Shown piece after piece: positions 13,363-47,923 of a DNA stretch of 64,000 nt (positions within the stretch are counted from its first letter, which is position 1; each line of letters begins with the position of its first letter). Under the pieces are notes generated by a model. The model was not told where the DNA came from. It made no database searches and saw only the letters and a program-made list of their open reading frames with translations. The position numbers and the translations under genes are program-made. The DNA is from Owenia fusiformis (lineage: Eukaryota): contig CAIIXF020000001.1 of NCBI GenBank assembly GCA_903813345.2, forward strand, positions 30,876,001 through 30,940,000, given 5' to 3'.

Positions 13363-14330
13363 GGGGGGGGGGGTGTTGGATATGTGTTTATGATACAGTG
13401 AGTGGAGACTATCCATTTTCTTCAAATATTTTGCCTAATTGTAATTTGGTCTAAGTATTGCATTGCTTTCATTACAAGTACCAACCTATCATTTTTCTAT
13501 GGTAAAATTAATAACTTCTGTAAAACGAAATCTCCCAAACCATTGATAGCATGAAAATACTGCTTTTCTGACCATAAAATGAGATTTGAAGAAAGTTACT
13601 GTAACAGACAAATAAAAACAAAAAATGACATTTCTAAATATATTCCTGAGAATGTAGTTTTAAAAAGATATCTGAAATCTACTGCAAAATATATACTTGA
13701 AAAAGTATAATTTTTGTAAAGAAAATACATCAAAAATTTCAACAGAGGTTGGCAAGTATGGCTTAACAAATGGATAGCAACAAAACAGAAGATGAAGACA
13801 ACATTTCAAATATGGAATTTTGTAACTGACATGTCATATTAGACTTATTCAAACAGTAAATTTCCTCATTCGCCACACGACATTTTTGTGTGTATGATAA
13901 ATATCTGCAACTGAGTATTTGAAAATGAGTATTTAGGTAACACATTTGATACCTGATGAATGACATAGTCTAATAATTATATTATTAAGTACACTTCTAT
14001 AACCCATACATGACTTGTATGCAAGCTATATGGTAAACCTCATATACACATTAGGCATATCTCCACTTACAAGTACTGTACATTTACAAACCATATAAGG
14101 CAAGCTTCATGTACATATTGCACATCTCTTATGTATCCACTCATAAACATCTCTCAAGGCAATATGACACATACATGTACTAATAAGAAGTAATTTTACA
14201 TAAAAAGTTTTATTTAACTTAATGGTGATAGCTGATATAAGCATTCCAGTGTGTAAAGCTGCTTGGTCAATGATTCTGATAAAATTTATTCTTGACTTCA
14301 ATTCTGAGCAAAATTGGTAAATTTTCTATA

Positions 14331-14505
14331 CTGTAAAACCTGTTTTAGGGAACACCTCTTTCTAGCGAACACCTGTCTCTAGTGGACACCCTTCCTCTGC
14401 ACATACTCTACTGACTTCTGTATAAATTACCCTCTGTAGTGAACACCTACCAACACTGAACATTTTTTCTCAGCAAAAAATGTTCAATATACAGAGGTTT
14501 TACTG
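14331..14505. mobile_element. pogo/Tigger-like MITE
   Basis: TA-CTGTAAAACC ... GGTTTTACTG-TA with internal GAACACCT repeats. Confidence 0.7.
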
Positions 14506-14939
14506 TATATCCAAATTGTCTCTTGTATGGTCTGCAAGAAATATGACACACTGCTTGTAGATAATTCTGTATTCACTCTTTTTCTAATAAACATGTACTC
14601 AGACACACTTTTACAACCAATATATCACACATCTAGGGTGTATGGCAAATCACTCACATAGGCAAGTTACATGTATATATGGCACTTTTGTCAGACCTGC
14701 ACTGTACCTGTTGGGTACATGATTCAAATTTATTTTTTGATGCAATATTTTCAATGCATCCTCTATAATTCTTGAGAACCGGGTTTTAATAAGGTTAAAT
14801 GCTTTAGTAATAAATGCATTCAGTAGGGTTGTCAGTACAACCCTAGTCAGGTGAAAACCTATTTGACCAGTTTCCATTCAGACTACTTCCTTTCTCATCA
14901 AGGATATTCAGTCTCAAATCATATATGATAAATGAGGTA

Positions 14940-15841
14940 CAGGGTGGTAAAAAAAAACGGCAACCCTAGTTTTTCCTAATATCTGTCATTCTAAGAAATA
15001 ACTCCCTGATATTTTACACATTTGTACATCATTCAATTTCCTACCAACCTACCATATTTCATGACCATCGGACTGATAATCACAATATTACTGCATTTTA
15101 AGCAACATGCCCCATAAGGCCACTTTCGTGCTGTCTGAGCTGGTCTGTTATTCAAACGAACTCCATTTCCAATTTGATGCACTGGTAAACTCTAACAATT
15201 ATGTATTTTTGGGGAGCCAAGCACTTGATGAAGTAGTGGAGATGCACCTTCACACAGACAGATGCACAGTTTAGTGTGTTCTCAGAGTGTGATTCCCATT
15301 GACCTCTTGGGGACTTTAGGTGAACCCAGGGAAGTTGAAAGGCAGCAGCAGTGGTCCAACAAGACAGAACCATACCCCAAACACCCAATGATGCACAATA
15401 ATGGCTTTGGGACCACTTCAATGACCACATTATCAGCAGTACAACAGACAATGAATGGGCACCCCATAGCCCAGATATGGCCCCATTTAATCTTTATTAG
15501 TGGGGATACCCCAAAGATAGAGTGTAGACTACACAAGAAAGACATTTGACCTCAAAATAAAGATCACATGTGTCGTTCAGGCTATACTTGCTGAGGAATG
15601 CAGTTATGTCATTGACAGGTTTGGAAAATGTGTGCAGGTTTACCTACAGCACGATATTAGAAAACTGAGGCACCTTGTTTAAAGTGCTGTAACATTGGGA
15701 CTATCAGTCCAATGTTCATGAAATTACACAGTCTAGTATGAAATTGAATGATGTACATGTGTGGCAAATATCAGGGCAAGATTTCTAAAAATGACAAAGA
15801 TATGAGGAAAAATTAGGGTTGCCATTTTTTTGACCACCCTG
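14940..15841 (+). mobile_element. Decayed Tc1/mariner element, DD41D (rosa-type), with long inverted repeats
   Basis: TA-CAGGGTGG...CCACCCTG-TA with ~170-bp imperfect inverted repeats. Internal stop-ridden transposase remnant: YSNELHFQFDALVNSNNYVFWG and QQD-(41 residues)-WAPHSPDMAPFNLY*WGYPKDRV. Confidence 0.85.
15137..15530 (+). pseudogene. Tc1/mariner transposase catalytic-domain remnant
   Basis: Recognisable FSDEAHF-like, QQD and WPPHSPDL.P.DF.LWGYLK-like motifs with stops, a frameshift and an internal deletion. Confidence 0.8.
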
Positions 15842-16827
15842 TACAATGTTTATTTTCAACCAAATTACCAGTTTAGAAGAAAAGGACTTTTAGAATTGTG
15901 TCTCTGTTTAATTCAACAGATGAACAACAACAAAATTCTCATCATGATTTCAATTGTCTTTGTACAAAATCCTCCCAGGAGTAGTTCCATCTAATATATT
16001 TTTAAATTCTCAATGACATACATCATTATCTGATTATGGGTTTTGTTTTTATCAGAGACTTCTAGACTTCTATCACTGAATCAGCTCTGCAAAATGGTAA
16101 AAATTAAAAAAAAAATAGAAACATCCAGTTTGTCCAGTCGATTCAATATGGCTATCCAAATGTGATCATTTGTTACCATTTCCAAGTAAAGATACAAACA
16201 CAATTAAAAGGATTAACCATATATACAAAATAAAGATTATTCAATAATCGCTGTATCTTTTGAGAGTATCTGCCACTGTTGATCAATATTGACAAATTTT
16301 GGTAGTTTATTCATTTGATGACATATTCTGAATTAAATAAGCAACAATTATTGATCCTATGTTTGTTCACTAATCCATTTCCATGCAAAGTCCCAAATCA
16401 GAAGAACAAACTGTCGTCTCAAGTCACAATTTTCTTGTTTTGCAACTTTCCTCAGGTGAGAAATGTCCCAAGGGAAGAGCATGTGAAAAGCATTTCAGTA
16501 AGGCCACTTCATTACCAAATATTTGTTTCACTATCTCATGGGGAGATATAAACAACAGCATTATCCTCAATATCTGAGTTACTATCATCCTCAATAGGCA
16601 TCAACAAACCCAATATTTAATGCATGGAAATGGAGTGGGTAGATGTACTTCCTTTATCCCCTATATCCAATACCAAAGGAACTGTGTGAATGAGTTTTGA
16701 ATTTGAACAACTGAATTCATAGCATGAACATATTCAAAATGTTAACACCTCTAAGTAAGGGAATCATATTAGGAGTCTCATTCCTGGCCACGGTTCTGAT
16801 AACTCTGTAACAGTTAGAGATTGTGAG

Positions 16828-38604
<21,777 letters not shown>

Positions 38605-40049
38605 ACTCCTCGGTTCCAATTTTTCATATTAATGATTCTCGAGAAGTGAATATATTCATATTACCATATCACGCGTCTTAAACAAAGTGTTGCTCGTTAC
38701 CGCATTGTGTTCTGGTACATAAACGCCTCTGGGAAACTCTTAAAAAACTACTTCACAATAATCCATAATCTTCAAGTGTTCACATGTCAACTCAGTCAAT
38801 TTTCTTGAATTTTCCATTTGTGTAACTATATACGAAAAATGAGCTGCTCCTTATCAAGATCCGTATTTCTGGATAGATATACCAGCACAATGGTTTGCCC
38901 AGAGCTTCAGTGATGAGTTCAGTTTCCTGGTTTCCGCTAATATATCTACACTCCTCTGGGCTTGTATCTACCTGTGCACTGACGGTTCTATGAGGCAGCT
39001 GGCTAGAAATATATGTTCTTTTGGGCTACCCAAACAAAAAAGCTTTTATCAGACCAGTTATACATGACGTAGTACTCTTTCCTATCTGTTTATTTTAAAG
39101 TACAAACTGACAAATGACTCTGCGTTTAATATTTTGGTTTAATTAATTTAGCCCTTTTTTAGAGATCGTTTGTTTTGACGATTGCTTATTTGCTAGCTCA
39201 CTAGGATAGTTGTCCCGCACAGGACACACTTATAACAAAAAATAGTTTTGATAAAATCAACTTTGAGCCATTATCATAACAGAGTATGACACTGGTACTA
39301 CTCATACAGGGTGAAATCAGTTCATATAGACTTGGAAGTTTTTATTTAAATTATTAATCTTATTTGATCACACCGTAGGATAAATAACATATTGAATTAT
39401 ATGTGAGCATACATGGTTTAATATTCTTGCTTTAGCATTAATGGATTCTTCGTGTTGATTTTTTACTATGGTGATGACAAGAAACTGGAATTTCCATTCT
39501 AATGAGTAATTATGGAAATGGTGTTCCTTAACACTTATAGGAGCAGTATATTGAAACATCTTTTCAGTTGTATAGCTTTAAAACAGTCAATTGACTATCG
39601 ACTGATTTTACTTTATTGTCCTACGCTTTATTGGTTTCAGAAATATTACTGAAGAAACCTACTGGAGACTGTCGTCATACATTGTCATTAGTCTGATATA
39701 CTGACACTTTTCCTATAACATGATATACAGGTCAATATGACTATTTCATTTTGGTCATTTTAAACTATTGCACACAATGGTTGATCATTATCAATTTAGT
39801 GACTATAAAAGTTGTACCTTAAACATATACAAACAAAGAGGTGGGATCATTGTATCTAAAATTGAGGATTTTATCAATTAAAAGCGTTTTTCAGCGTTCG
39901 TTTGGGTGTCTTGTATAGTATCATTGATCTTTTCACAAACCATTAATTCGAATCACTGTTCAAGACTACTAATTAGATGAATGAATTATATTTGAGAAAG
40001 TATGTTTCACAAAGGTTACACACCATTGATCCATACACATATATCCATA

Positions 40050-40320
40050 CAGGGTGGGCCAAAGAATTTCTGAAAAATAAAGGTAAACAGACATTAGGGA
40101 TCTGACAATATACAGTTTTCAGGATGATATACGAAGCAACAATTTCACACTGACATTAGTCATGTTTCAAATTATATTACGAGATTAACATAGGGTGTTC
40201 AGTATATTCTGAAATGGTTTCTAGACAAGAAATGGGATATTAGAAGTATCATAAAACACATAAGTAAGATGCATTATTGAAAAGGTAATGGCATAAATAT
40301 CGAGTTTTTTGCCCACCCTG
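40050..40320. mobile_element. Tc1/mariner-type MITE
   Basis: TA-CAGGGTGGGC ... GCCCACCCTG-TA. Confidence 0.7.
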
Positions 40321-43300
40321 TACATGAAATTATAGTAAAAGCGAACAGTGTATTCAATACATCTATAGGCAACACTTTCAGGGTCGTGTTAAGTTTACCT
40401 ATTTGTGTTTGCTTCCGACAAGTTTTGTTTATGGGCAACATTTGCGAACCATTTCACATATTATTCGAAAAAGTTCACTGTTTCTCTGCTCATAAAAATA
40501 GATTTACACACACGTTGTTTATTTGTTATAGTATCAGCGTCTGTGAAATATCTAGAAGAATCGAAGAATTTTAAGAAGATAAGCATTGAAGAGAAATTAG
40601 AATTTTTCACCTTTAATGTCAGCTTCAAAAACAATTTAGAGGTCATTAACTCATCCAAGGCTCCACGTAACATAATTCAAAGGTCTGTATCATTCCAGTG
40701 AACCCGGAACTGTTTCCCTTGGGTGTGGATAGTCATAAATTAACGAGGGAATTATATGATCATGCGTGAATCAGTTCAGAAAAATATTTGCTAAGTTGAT
40801 GACGTTAAACGTCGATCTGGTTTCGATGGAACATTAAGTACTTCTGGCCTGCAAGCAAAATGCTTGGACTAAGTTCAAAATGCATCAAGTGCAAATTAAC
40901 GAACTTGATCCAGGAAAAACGTAACTAGGATTGTTTTTCAGCAGTCTAAAATTCCATGTAACTGTTTAATCATTGTCGATTTCATGATTTCTGTTAAATT
41001 TTAACACAGTAATATGACTGAATACCAATATCACATTTCTTCCACTTAAAATGCAATAGATCTCATCTCGAGGGTTAGTTTGTAAAGTAACTGTTTGAAG
41101 CATCAGTGATGCAAACTCAGGAGAGATCACAGTCAGTTTTATTTATTCAAAGATAAATACAAAAACCTGATAGAGGATGTTATTTTATCAGCAGGGATTG
41201 AGCTAGGTGAACCACTGACTTCCGTCAAGTTACTATTTTCTTTCAGTTCAATTATGTGTACCTTTACTGTGGCCAGATTTGGCGCATCCTGCTGTAGTAA
41301 TACGTGAATTCTTTCAGGCTAGTTTTGAGGACATCCGGATCCGCATATTACCATTCTGATATTCATCACAACTTTCTGTTTTTTAACTAGAAATGTGATT
41401 GACTAAAAGAAAACGAGATGACAGGTGACGGCATATCATCTTTTTTGATCAATCTTCTTAAAGACTCTTGTGTTACTGAAACTTTTTTAGAAATCTATAT
41501 GCATCACAAGTGGTCGCACAGTTGGGGTATAAATAAAAAAGAGAACGTGTAGATTTATAGTCTTCCAAGAATGAAAGAAGTTCTCCCATTCGTAGTAAAT
41601 TTTCTCGTCCACGGTTCCAATAGACTAAGAGTGTCAGCTTTAAGAATCTAACCAACATTCGAATTTTCCCTGAATGCAAATAGATAATATTAACGCTTTC
41701 ATCACCAAGGGTTAAAATTAAGAAATCAATCATGTTTTTTTCAATCAAAATGTATTGACAATCAGTTTCTATGTTCAACCTAAAATTCCATAACAATGAT
41801 GTTTTAACAATAATTATGATGTTTTAACGTAGTAGTTCAATACATTTTCTCTGAAATTACCACCCAAATATCCATGAAAACAATGCCAAGTTTCTTTTTA
41901 CATCGTCATTTCTCATTGATTTGATCCAAGTTTGCGCTACTACATTCTGACGATTGGAGGTCGCTTAAATATAGACTTAGATATCCAACACCACCTGGAA
42001 CAGGTACAAATTCATATTAAGGAAATACATATTCTCATAAATTTGTTTCTCTATAACTTTGATTTACAATCCAGATAAACTACTCGAGAATAACTTGCCT
42101 AATAATTGAACATGATATTTCATAATGAACCCTCATTCTTTTCCTTGATTTATGTATGCTGTTATGCCTAATAATATGGATTAAAAGGATGTTTTTTCTT
42201 TCAATAACTTTGAGATGTATTCTCAGCATCTATCAAATATTGTAATTGGTACATAACTATAGATTATATTATTCTGTGGCATGGTTATCACAGCTGTTAG
42301 CAGGGTTATCACAGCTGTTAGCAGGGTACAAGGCTAATCCTTCAAATGTGGCACTCAGACCATGCTAACAGGTCAAACGAGTGCCTTTTGTCAGTAGAGA
42401 TATGTAACAAGATGCAAAAGTGTTTCATATGCAAGTAACATATTGGGGTTTGTTGTGAAGGATTAGCATGCGCAGTGGTTGTTAGGGGTGGTCGTTTTGA
42501 ACCACCCTGTACTAATATATCCACGTGTGTTTGTTTACATTGGGAGATTAACAAATCCCTTTATTCAAAAGCACTTCTCTACGTTTTGGCTTTGGCTCAA
42601 ATTTCGTTTGCATAAAAATAGTATATACTTCCTCAAAATCTTTTGTTTGCTTTAAAAAGCTTAGAAACCGAGGTGATGAATAATTCGATGACGTCCCTTT
42701 TGAAGATGACTTCTCAGATGACTAACACTTTTTGAAGTCCATTTATCTTTTTCATTCTTACAAAGAGATACACTGCTTAAAAACTCTATATTCACTTAAT
42801 ACAATTACTCTTTTCTTTCATGCGAACAATGTATTTATTTTTTACACACATCCACAAAGAGCTGCCTTTATATAGACAACAAAGACTATCCTATCTAAAA
42901 TAATACATTTCCGCTGTTTGCCCACAATAAACAAAACATATTCACCAACAAGCCATTACTTTGATGACAACACTTCTTAGTTGAAAGAGATATATGGTAT
43001 GAGTGTTTAAATCTTTTAACTGTTACTTTTACAATCTGAATGGTTAAAACCTCATTTAAAAGGTAATATTTTTCTTAAACTGCTTATTAATAATCCGTAT
43101 AACAGTACGGTTGTTCATGTCATACAAAGCATCGGTGTGCCCTTTATATTACAGGTGACAACATTATATATGGGGTATTATTCTTTCATTTCTATCTACC
43201 CAGTCATTTTCTGTTGAACGATTATTTTTTCTAAAAAAGTACTGTTATTTAACTCATGTAAGGAAAACGCGGCATTGCTCCCAGTCTTTAGTGCAAGCAT

Positions 43301-43706
43301 ACCTACATACAAGGCTGACATCTATATTATTTTCAAAAAGATATTTTTAATGTTGATGGGGACACTTTACGATGGTGAACCATCAACAATTCCAAAAATT
43401 CATGTTATCATGATATCGGGGATATAAAGTCATCACGTGTCTGTTTTTGCGCAAAACTGATTTCATTTTCAGAGTAGAAAGTTTACGTCACGTGACATGA
43501 CGTGTGTGGTTGAAACAATTTGCCGCAAAATACGATTTTGTTAAAAATGAAACCCTGGCTTTGAAAAAGTCATTCGCTTTTATGTTGAGACTCTCCGTCA
43601 AATTCCAACCCCTAGGGGAATATTGCGAATCTCTCGGCGCTCTCTCTCTCGCGCGCAAACTTTTGAATGGTGAACGTGTAAGATATTGTAACGAAAAAAA
43701 TACGTT

Positions 43707-43798
43707 TAGCTACAAGCCCTCGTAACCCGACCCACTTTACTTGACTGCAAAATATGTAGTGGGTGGGGGAGGGGGTCACAAGGGGTTGTAGCTAGACT
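43707..43798. mobile_element. Short inverted-repeat element
   Basis: TAGCTACAAGCCCTCGTAACCC / GGGTCACAAGGGGTTGTAGCTA; right end AGACTA as in the 26034 element. Confidence 0.5.
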
Positions 43799-46624
43799 AA
43801 TATTTATATCAGTATTAGAAACGATGTGTTTCCAAGGTTTTTTTCAAGTTCAACCATAAGAGATGAAGGCTTCATGTAGAATCAGGCAGAATTAGTAATT
43901 TCATTCTCTGCTACTCTTCCCATTAGAGTTGACACTAACAACTTACTCCTTATTACCATGAAGTTTAATCATATGTTGAAACGTTTTATTTTTTACTTTG
44001 GCTAAGCAAGTCTTTATTTTACCCCAATATTCACATTTCTTTTCACTTCAAACGATGGCTGAGCGTAAAACACAATAAAAAGCTTTCACCTATTTGTATT
44101 GTTCAAATACTTTTATTGAATTCTTTGAATTGATTTGGCTCTTTTTGATGAATGATCACAAAACTAAACACTGCGTATTATTATGTTGTCAAGTGACGTA
44201 CTCGTTGGGACAACTATGGATGAAATGTGTTCAACAATCTTAAAATATATCAGATAGGATTAATAATTGACTTGGACTAAGTATTTGTTCAATAACTTGG
44301 CACCTTGGAGAATTAGATATTCTACTATTTTGGCCTAAAACGATATAAAAAGGACGCCATAAAAAAGGTATGTGACATCTGGTTATTGTTATAGACATTT
44401 CTTGATAAATACATCTAATTTTGACTCTACATTATGATCAAAGTGCGCTACTGTAGAGTTTATTCATGAAGAGGTAAAATAGCCGGTTGCCAAGTGTAAA
44501 CTTAGTGATCTCACAAAAACGTCAATATTTGAGAAGTTAATTGCAATGATTAATCTAATTCATGATTTCTTCGTATCTGATGGCACGGAATTCTAGCATT
44601 CACGATCTTTATTGGCCGAAGTATGACATGTGATCAAATGGGGAATTATAGGAGAGGGTATTCTTAGAAATAAATCGCATTGTTCTTAAGATCATTGCAG
44701 ATATGTACGAAACACAATCATATAGGAATATCATGATAAATGTTCCGATTTTGCAATAATAATGATGAAAACTGTAAGTAAGAAGATACTTAGTCTAACC
44801 TAGAATTTGATACGTTTGTTACGAATAGAGAAAAAATAGTTGAGAGATTACGGTATAACATATACAAATATAACATCGTAAGTTTGAGATAAGTTTTGTT
44901 TTGTTTTTCACACATGTCTGTTTTGAAGATTATACCTAATATAAGAGATGGAGAAAAGAAAATACAATTGTTAAATGGTAACACTTGTAAATAATACCAC
45001 TTTCAAGCTTCTTATTTTTGGACATTATGTCACAGCACAATGATGATTTGGGACAAAAGTTAAAAGTATAACCTCTCCACAGAATCGATGTAATTACAGA
45101 CTTTGAATTTGTAGCTCACGTAAAAGGAGTGAGCCTTCCCGAAGGCTGTATGAATTTCACAGATGCGAGTAGGTAGTTACCAGTTTCACCACCAGGTGGC
45201 TGATTCGGGGGAATTAACATGGCAGGGTATTACAAAATTCCCTTAAACTTGAATATGCATCAGTTTGAATGGTTCACTTTTCATATTACCTTTATGTATC
45301 TGATAGTTATACAAATTAAAATATGTCCAGTAAAAGAAAATATTATCTGCCCAACACAAGAAAAGATATTTCACTTTTTGTGGTTTTACAACATGGGCTC
45401 TATGGGGAATCTCCCCGACCTAGAAGTCACATTTTCAAAGAAAATTAAATTTTCAAAGTTGATAAACTCTTTTCAAAACCACATTTCTAACTGTAATTTT
45501 ACGTGTGGATTCCAAATATGACATCAGTTTGACTGAATTGTGAATTTTCAATGGCGTAAATCAAGATTATTTCTACTCGCATCAGGGATATTCAGTTCAA
45601 TGAAATTCAACATGACATCAGCCTAAATAATTGAGAAGAATGATTTCTATTTTAAACCCTTGATAAAACCTTGGTAAAACCAGAGACATTTATGTCCCTG
45701 GTAGCTTAAGGGACTGTCATAATAATGACATTTACGAAAAATACAAAACGAGACTTAAACCGACGAAGCAAGATAAACGCAATTAGAATACATCACGAAA
45801 TTTCGATCTGTTATGGTCATAGCGATCTGTCATGGTCACACACTTATCAAATAATCATATTGATTGTACTTTCATCGTACCAATCTAAGACAATAGAGAT
45901 CTCATATTCCTAGCTACAGTATAGTGATCCTAGTATTTGTATATTTTATTTGTGAAGGTATCTATTACAAATGATACCTAAGGACTGAATTATATTTGTA
46001 AGCCTACTCCAGGGCAAGTGCTTAATGCATTGACCCACGTGATGTCTGGGACTGTACTGTACTTTATGACATAGACCCTCAGCATATTTTACTAGAATAT
46101 AAGAGGGGGATTAACCTCAGACTTCAAAGATGACATACGCTTATAATGCAAATCTGTATTGAGATGACCAACGTCTCTGATTGGTCAAAATCGACTGACA
46201 AAAATGGCGGATTCAAAATTTTCTAATAACGCTTCGAATAAAATTATGTAAATTTCTGGCGTGTTAACCAATATCATAGCTTGTCACATCAAGATAAAGA
46301 AAAATGTAAGTAATATGCTTAAATCGATTAAAACATCACACCGACGCGTTATATTCGAAAACAAACTGGTGAGAATTTGCGCAAACGAAGGTGGTACGCA
46401 AGGGAGACGTAACATTTTAGTCATCGTTAAAGCTCTTCGGCTTTCCCTCCTCTTTAGAATATGTATGGCATTGACCTTTCATTGAATGAGATTTCTGACC
46501 TTGAACTCTTCACTATACAAAATTGGGAGAGCATCGATGCCACACAACCGTAAAAAGCCGAGCGAAATTCCGAGTCTTTTTTAGGGTTGGAATTAGGGGT
46601 TAAAGTTTAGGGATCGGGTTGAAG

Positions 46625-47923
46625 GGTGACAGGTCATCTGAACCCCAAGTCAACTCAACCCAGTCAAACTCAACCCCAAGTCAAGTCAACCCCAGTAAAA
46701 CTCAACCCCAAGTCAACTCAACCCTAGTAAAACTCAACCCTATTCATTTCTGCGACGATGAGTAATTTAAGTCATTCGAATTCATTTCTGAAAATCTAGC
46801 ATTTTGCATGATACTTTGAATAGAAAGTTGTTAAAATATTCAAAAAACAGTAAGCTTAAGAAGAATTTAAATTTTGATAAATCAAAGTTTGATTTAACGC
46901 ATCTTTTGAAATCAAATTCAGATAATTTAGAAATAATTAACAATCACACCGGAATAGCCTAACAACGGTAAAGTCAGATATCGTTGTCACAAATTGCGGA
47001 CATAACCGTCAATTCAATTAGATTTTCATGAACTGTATGTTTAATAGAGCACCTAGACTAAATTCCTTTCGAACAGCAATCAATCAACGTGTCTTAATAC
47101 TCATTGTATGTTCTACCATCGAAATAAAGTCTTTAATTTAACCAATCAAAATGGACACTGTAATTACCACAAGTGAGTGATTGCAAAAGCTCACCATGTG
47201 AGCTAATAATGCTAAATTACTCAAATTCAGATTCCGTTGTCATTGACGATATCAAAGACGCTATATTGTGGCGATCCACGACCCAATTTGATCGAAATTG
47301 GGATTTCATATGATACATCATCACAAGAGCTTAATTTATGCACAGAATTAGCGACGATAAAATCCCATGAAATGAGGACCAAGTGATTGAAGACAACAAT
47401 TTGTGACAACGGTATCTGACTTCACCGTTGTCAGGCTATTCCGGTGTGACAATGTTATATACGTTTTTATTATGCACATGCATCATTCAATAATATTGAA
47501 ATCATCAACATTTACTAATTAATGAACTGAAAGCAATGTTCATGTTCTAGTATTCCAAATGATCAAGAGTCAACCTCAGAGGGATTAGGCCTACAACAAA
47601 GCAAATGTATTAGCGAGATTAATAAAATTACCCATATTTTAGTACCATGTTGACATTTTGAAGATAAACTCATTATTAATTGTAAAAGACAGGTCTAAGA
47701 ATTAAAATCACAAAATTACTCTTTTACTTTTTTATGAAATAAACTTTCTATTCATGTTGAATATAAGTTTATCAATAAATGAAAATATATAAGGGTTGGA
47801 TTTTACTGGGGTTGAGTTTAACAGGGTTGGGTTGACTTGGGGTTGAGATTTACTGGGGTTGAGTTGACTTGGGGTTGAGTTTTACTGGGTTGAGTTGACT
47901 TGGGGTTGAGATGACTAGGAAGC
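46625..47923. mobile_element. Foldback/Mutator-like element with tandem-repeat arms
   Basis: Left arm of 15-16-bp units (AACTCAACCCCAAGTC)n at 46630-46741 is mirrored by (GACTTGGGGTTGAGTT)n at 47792-47916. Flanked by CGGGTTGAA on both sides (8-9-bp duplication; exact ends uncertain by 1 bp). Confidence 0.8.
46945..47448. mobile_element. CAC-ended MITE with 5-bp target duplication (Transib-like), nested in the foldback element
   Basis: About 52-bp inverted ends CACACCGGAATAGCCT... / ...AGGCTATTCCGGTGTG; ACAAT at 46940-46944 and 47449-47453. Confidence 0.8.

Noticed and set aside
15152..15549. Three short ORFs in the ORF track
   Set aside because: They are off-frame or antisense readings of the decayed transposase.
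45681..45700. 20-bp palindrome CAGAGACATTTATGTCCCTG, a possible second P-like scar
   Set aside because: The flanks (GTAAAAC / GTAGCTT) do not form a convincing duplication.
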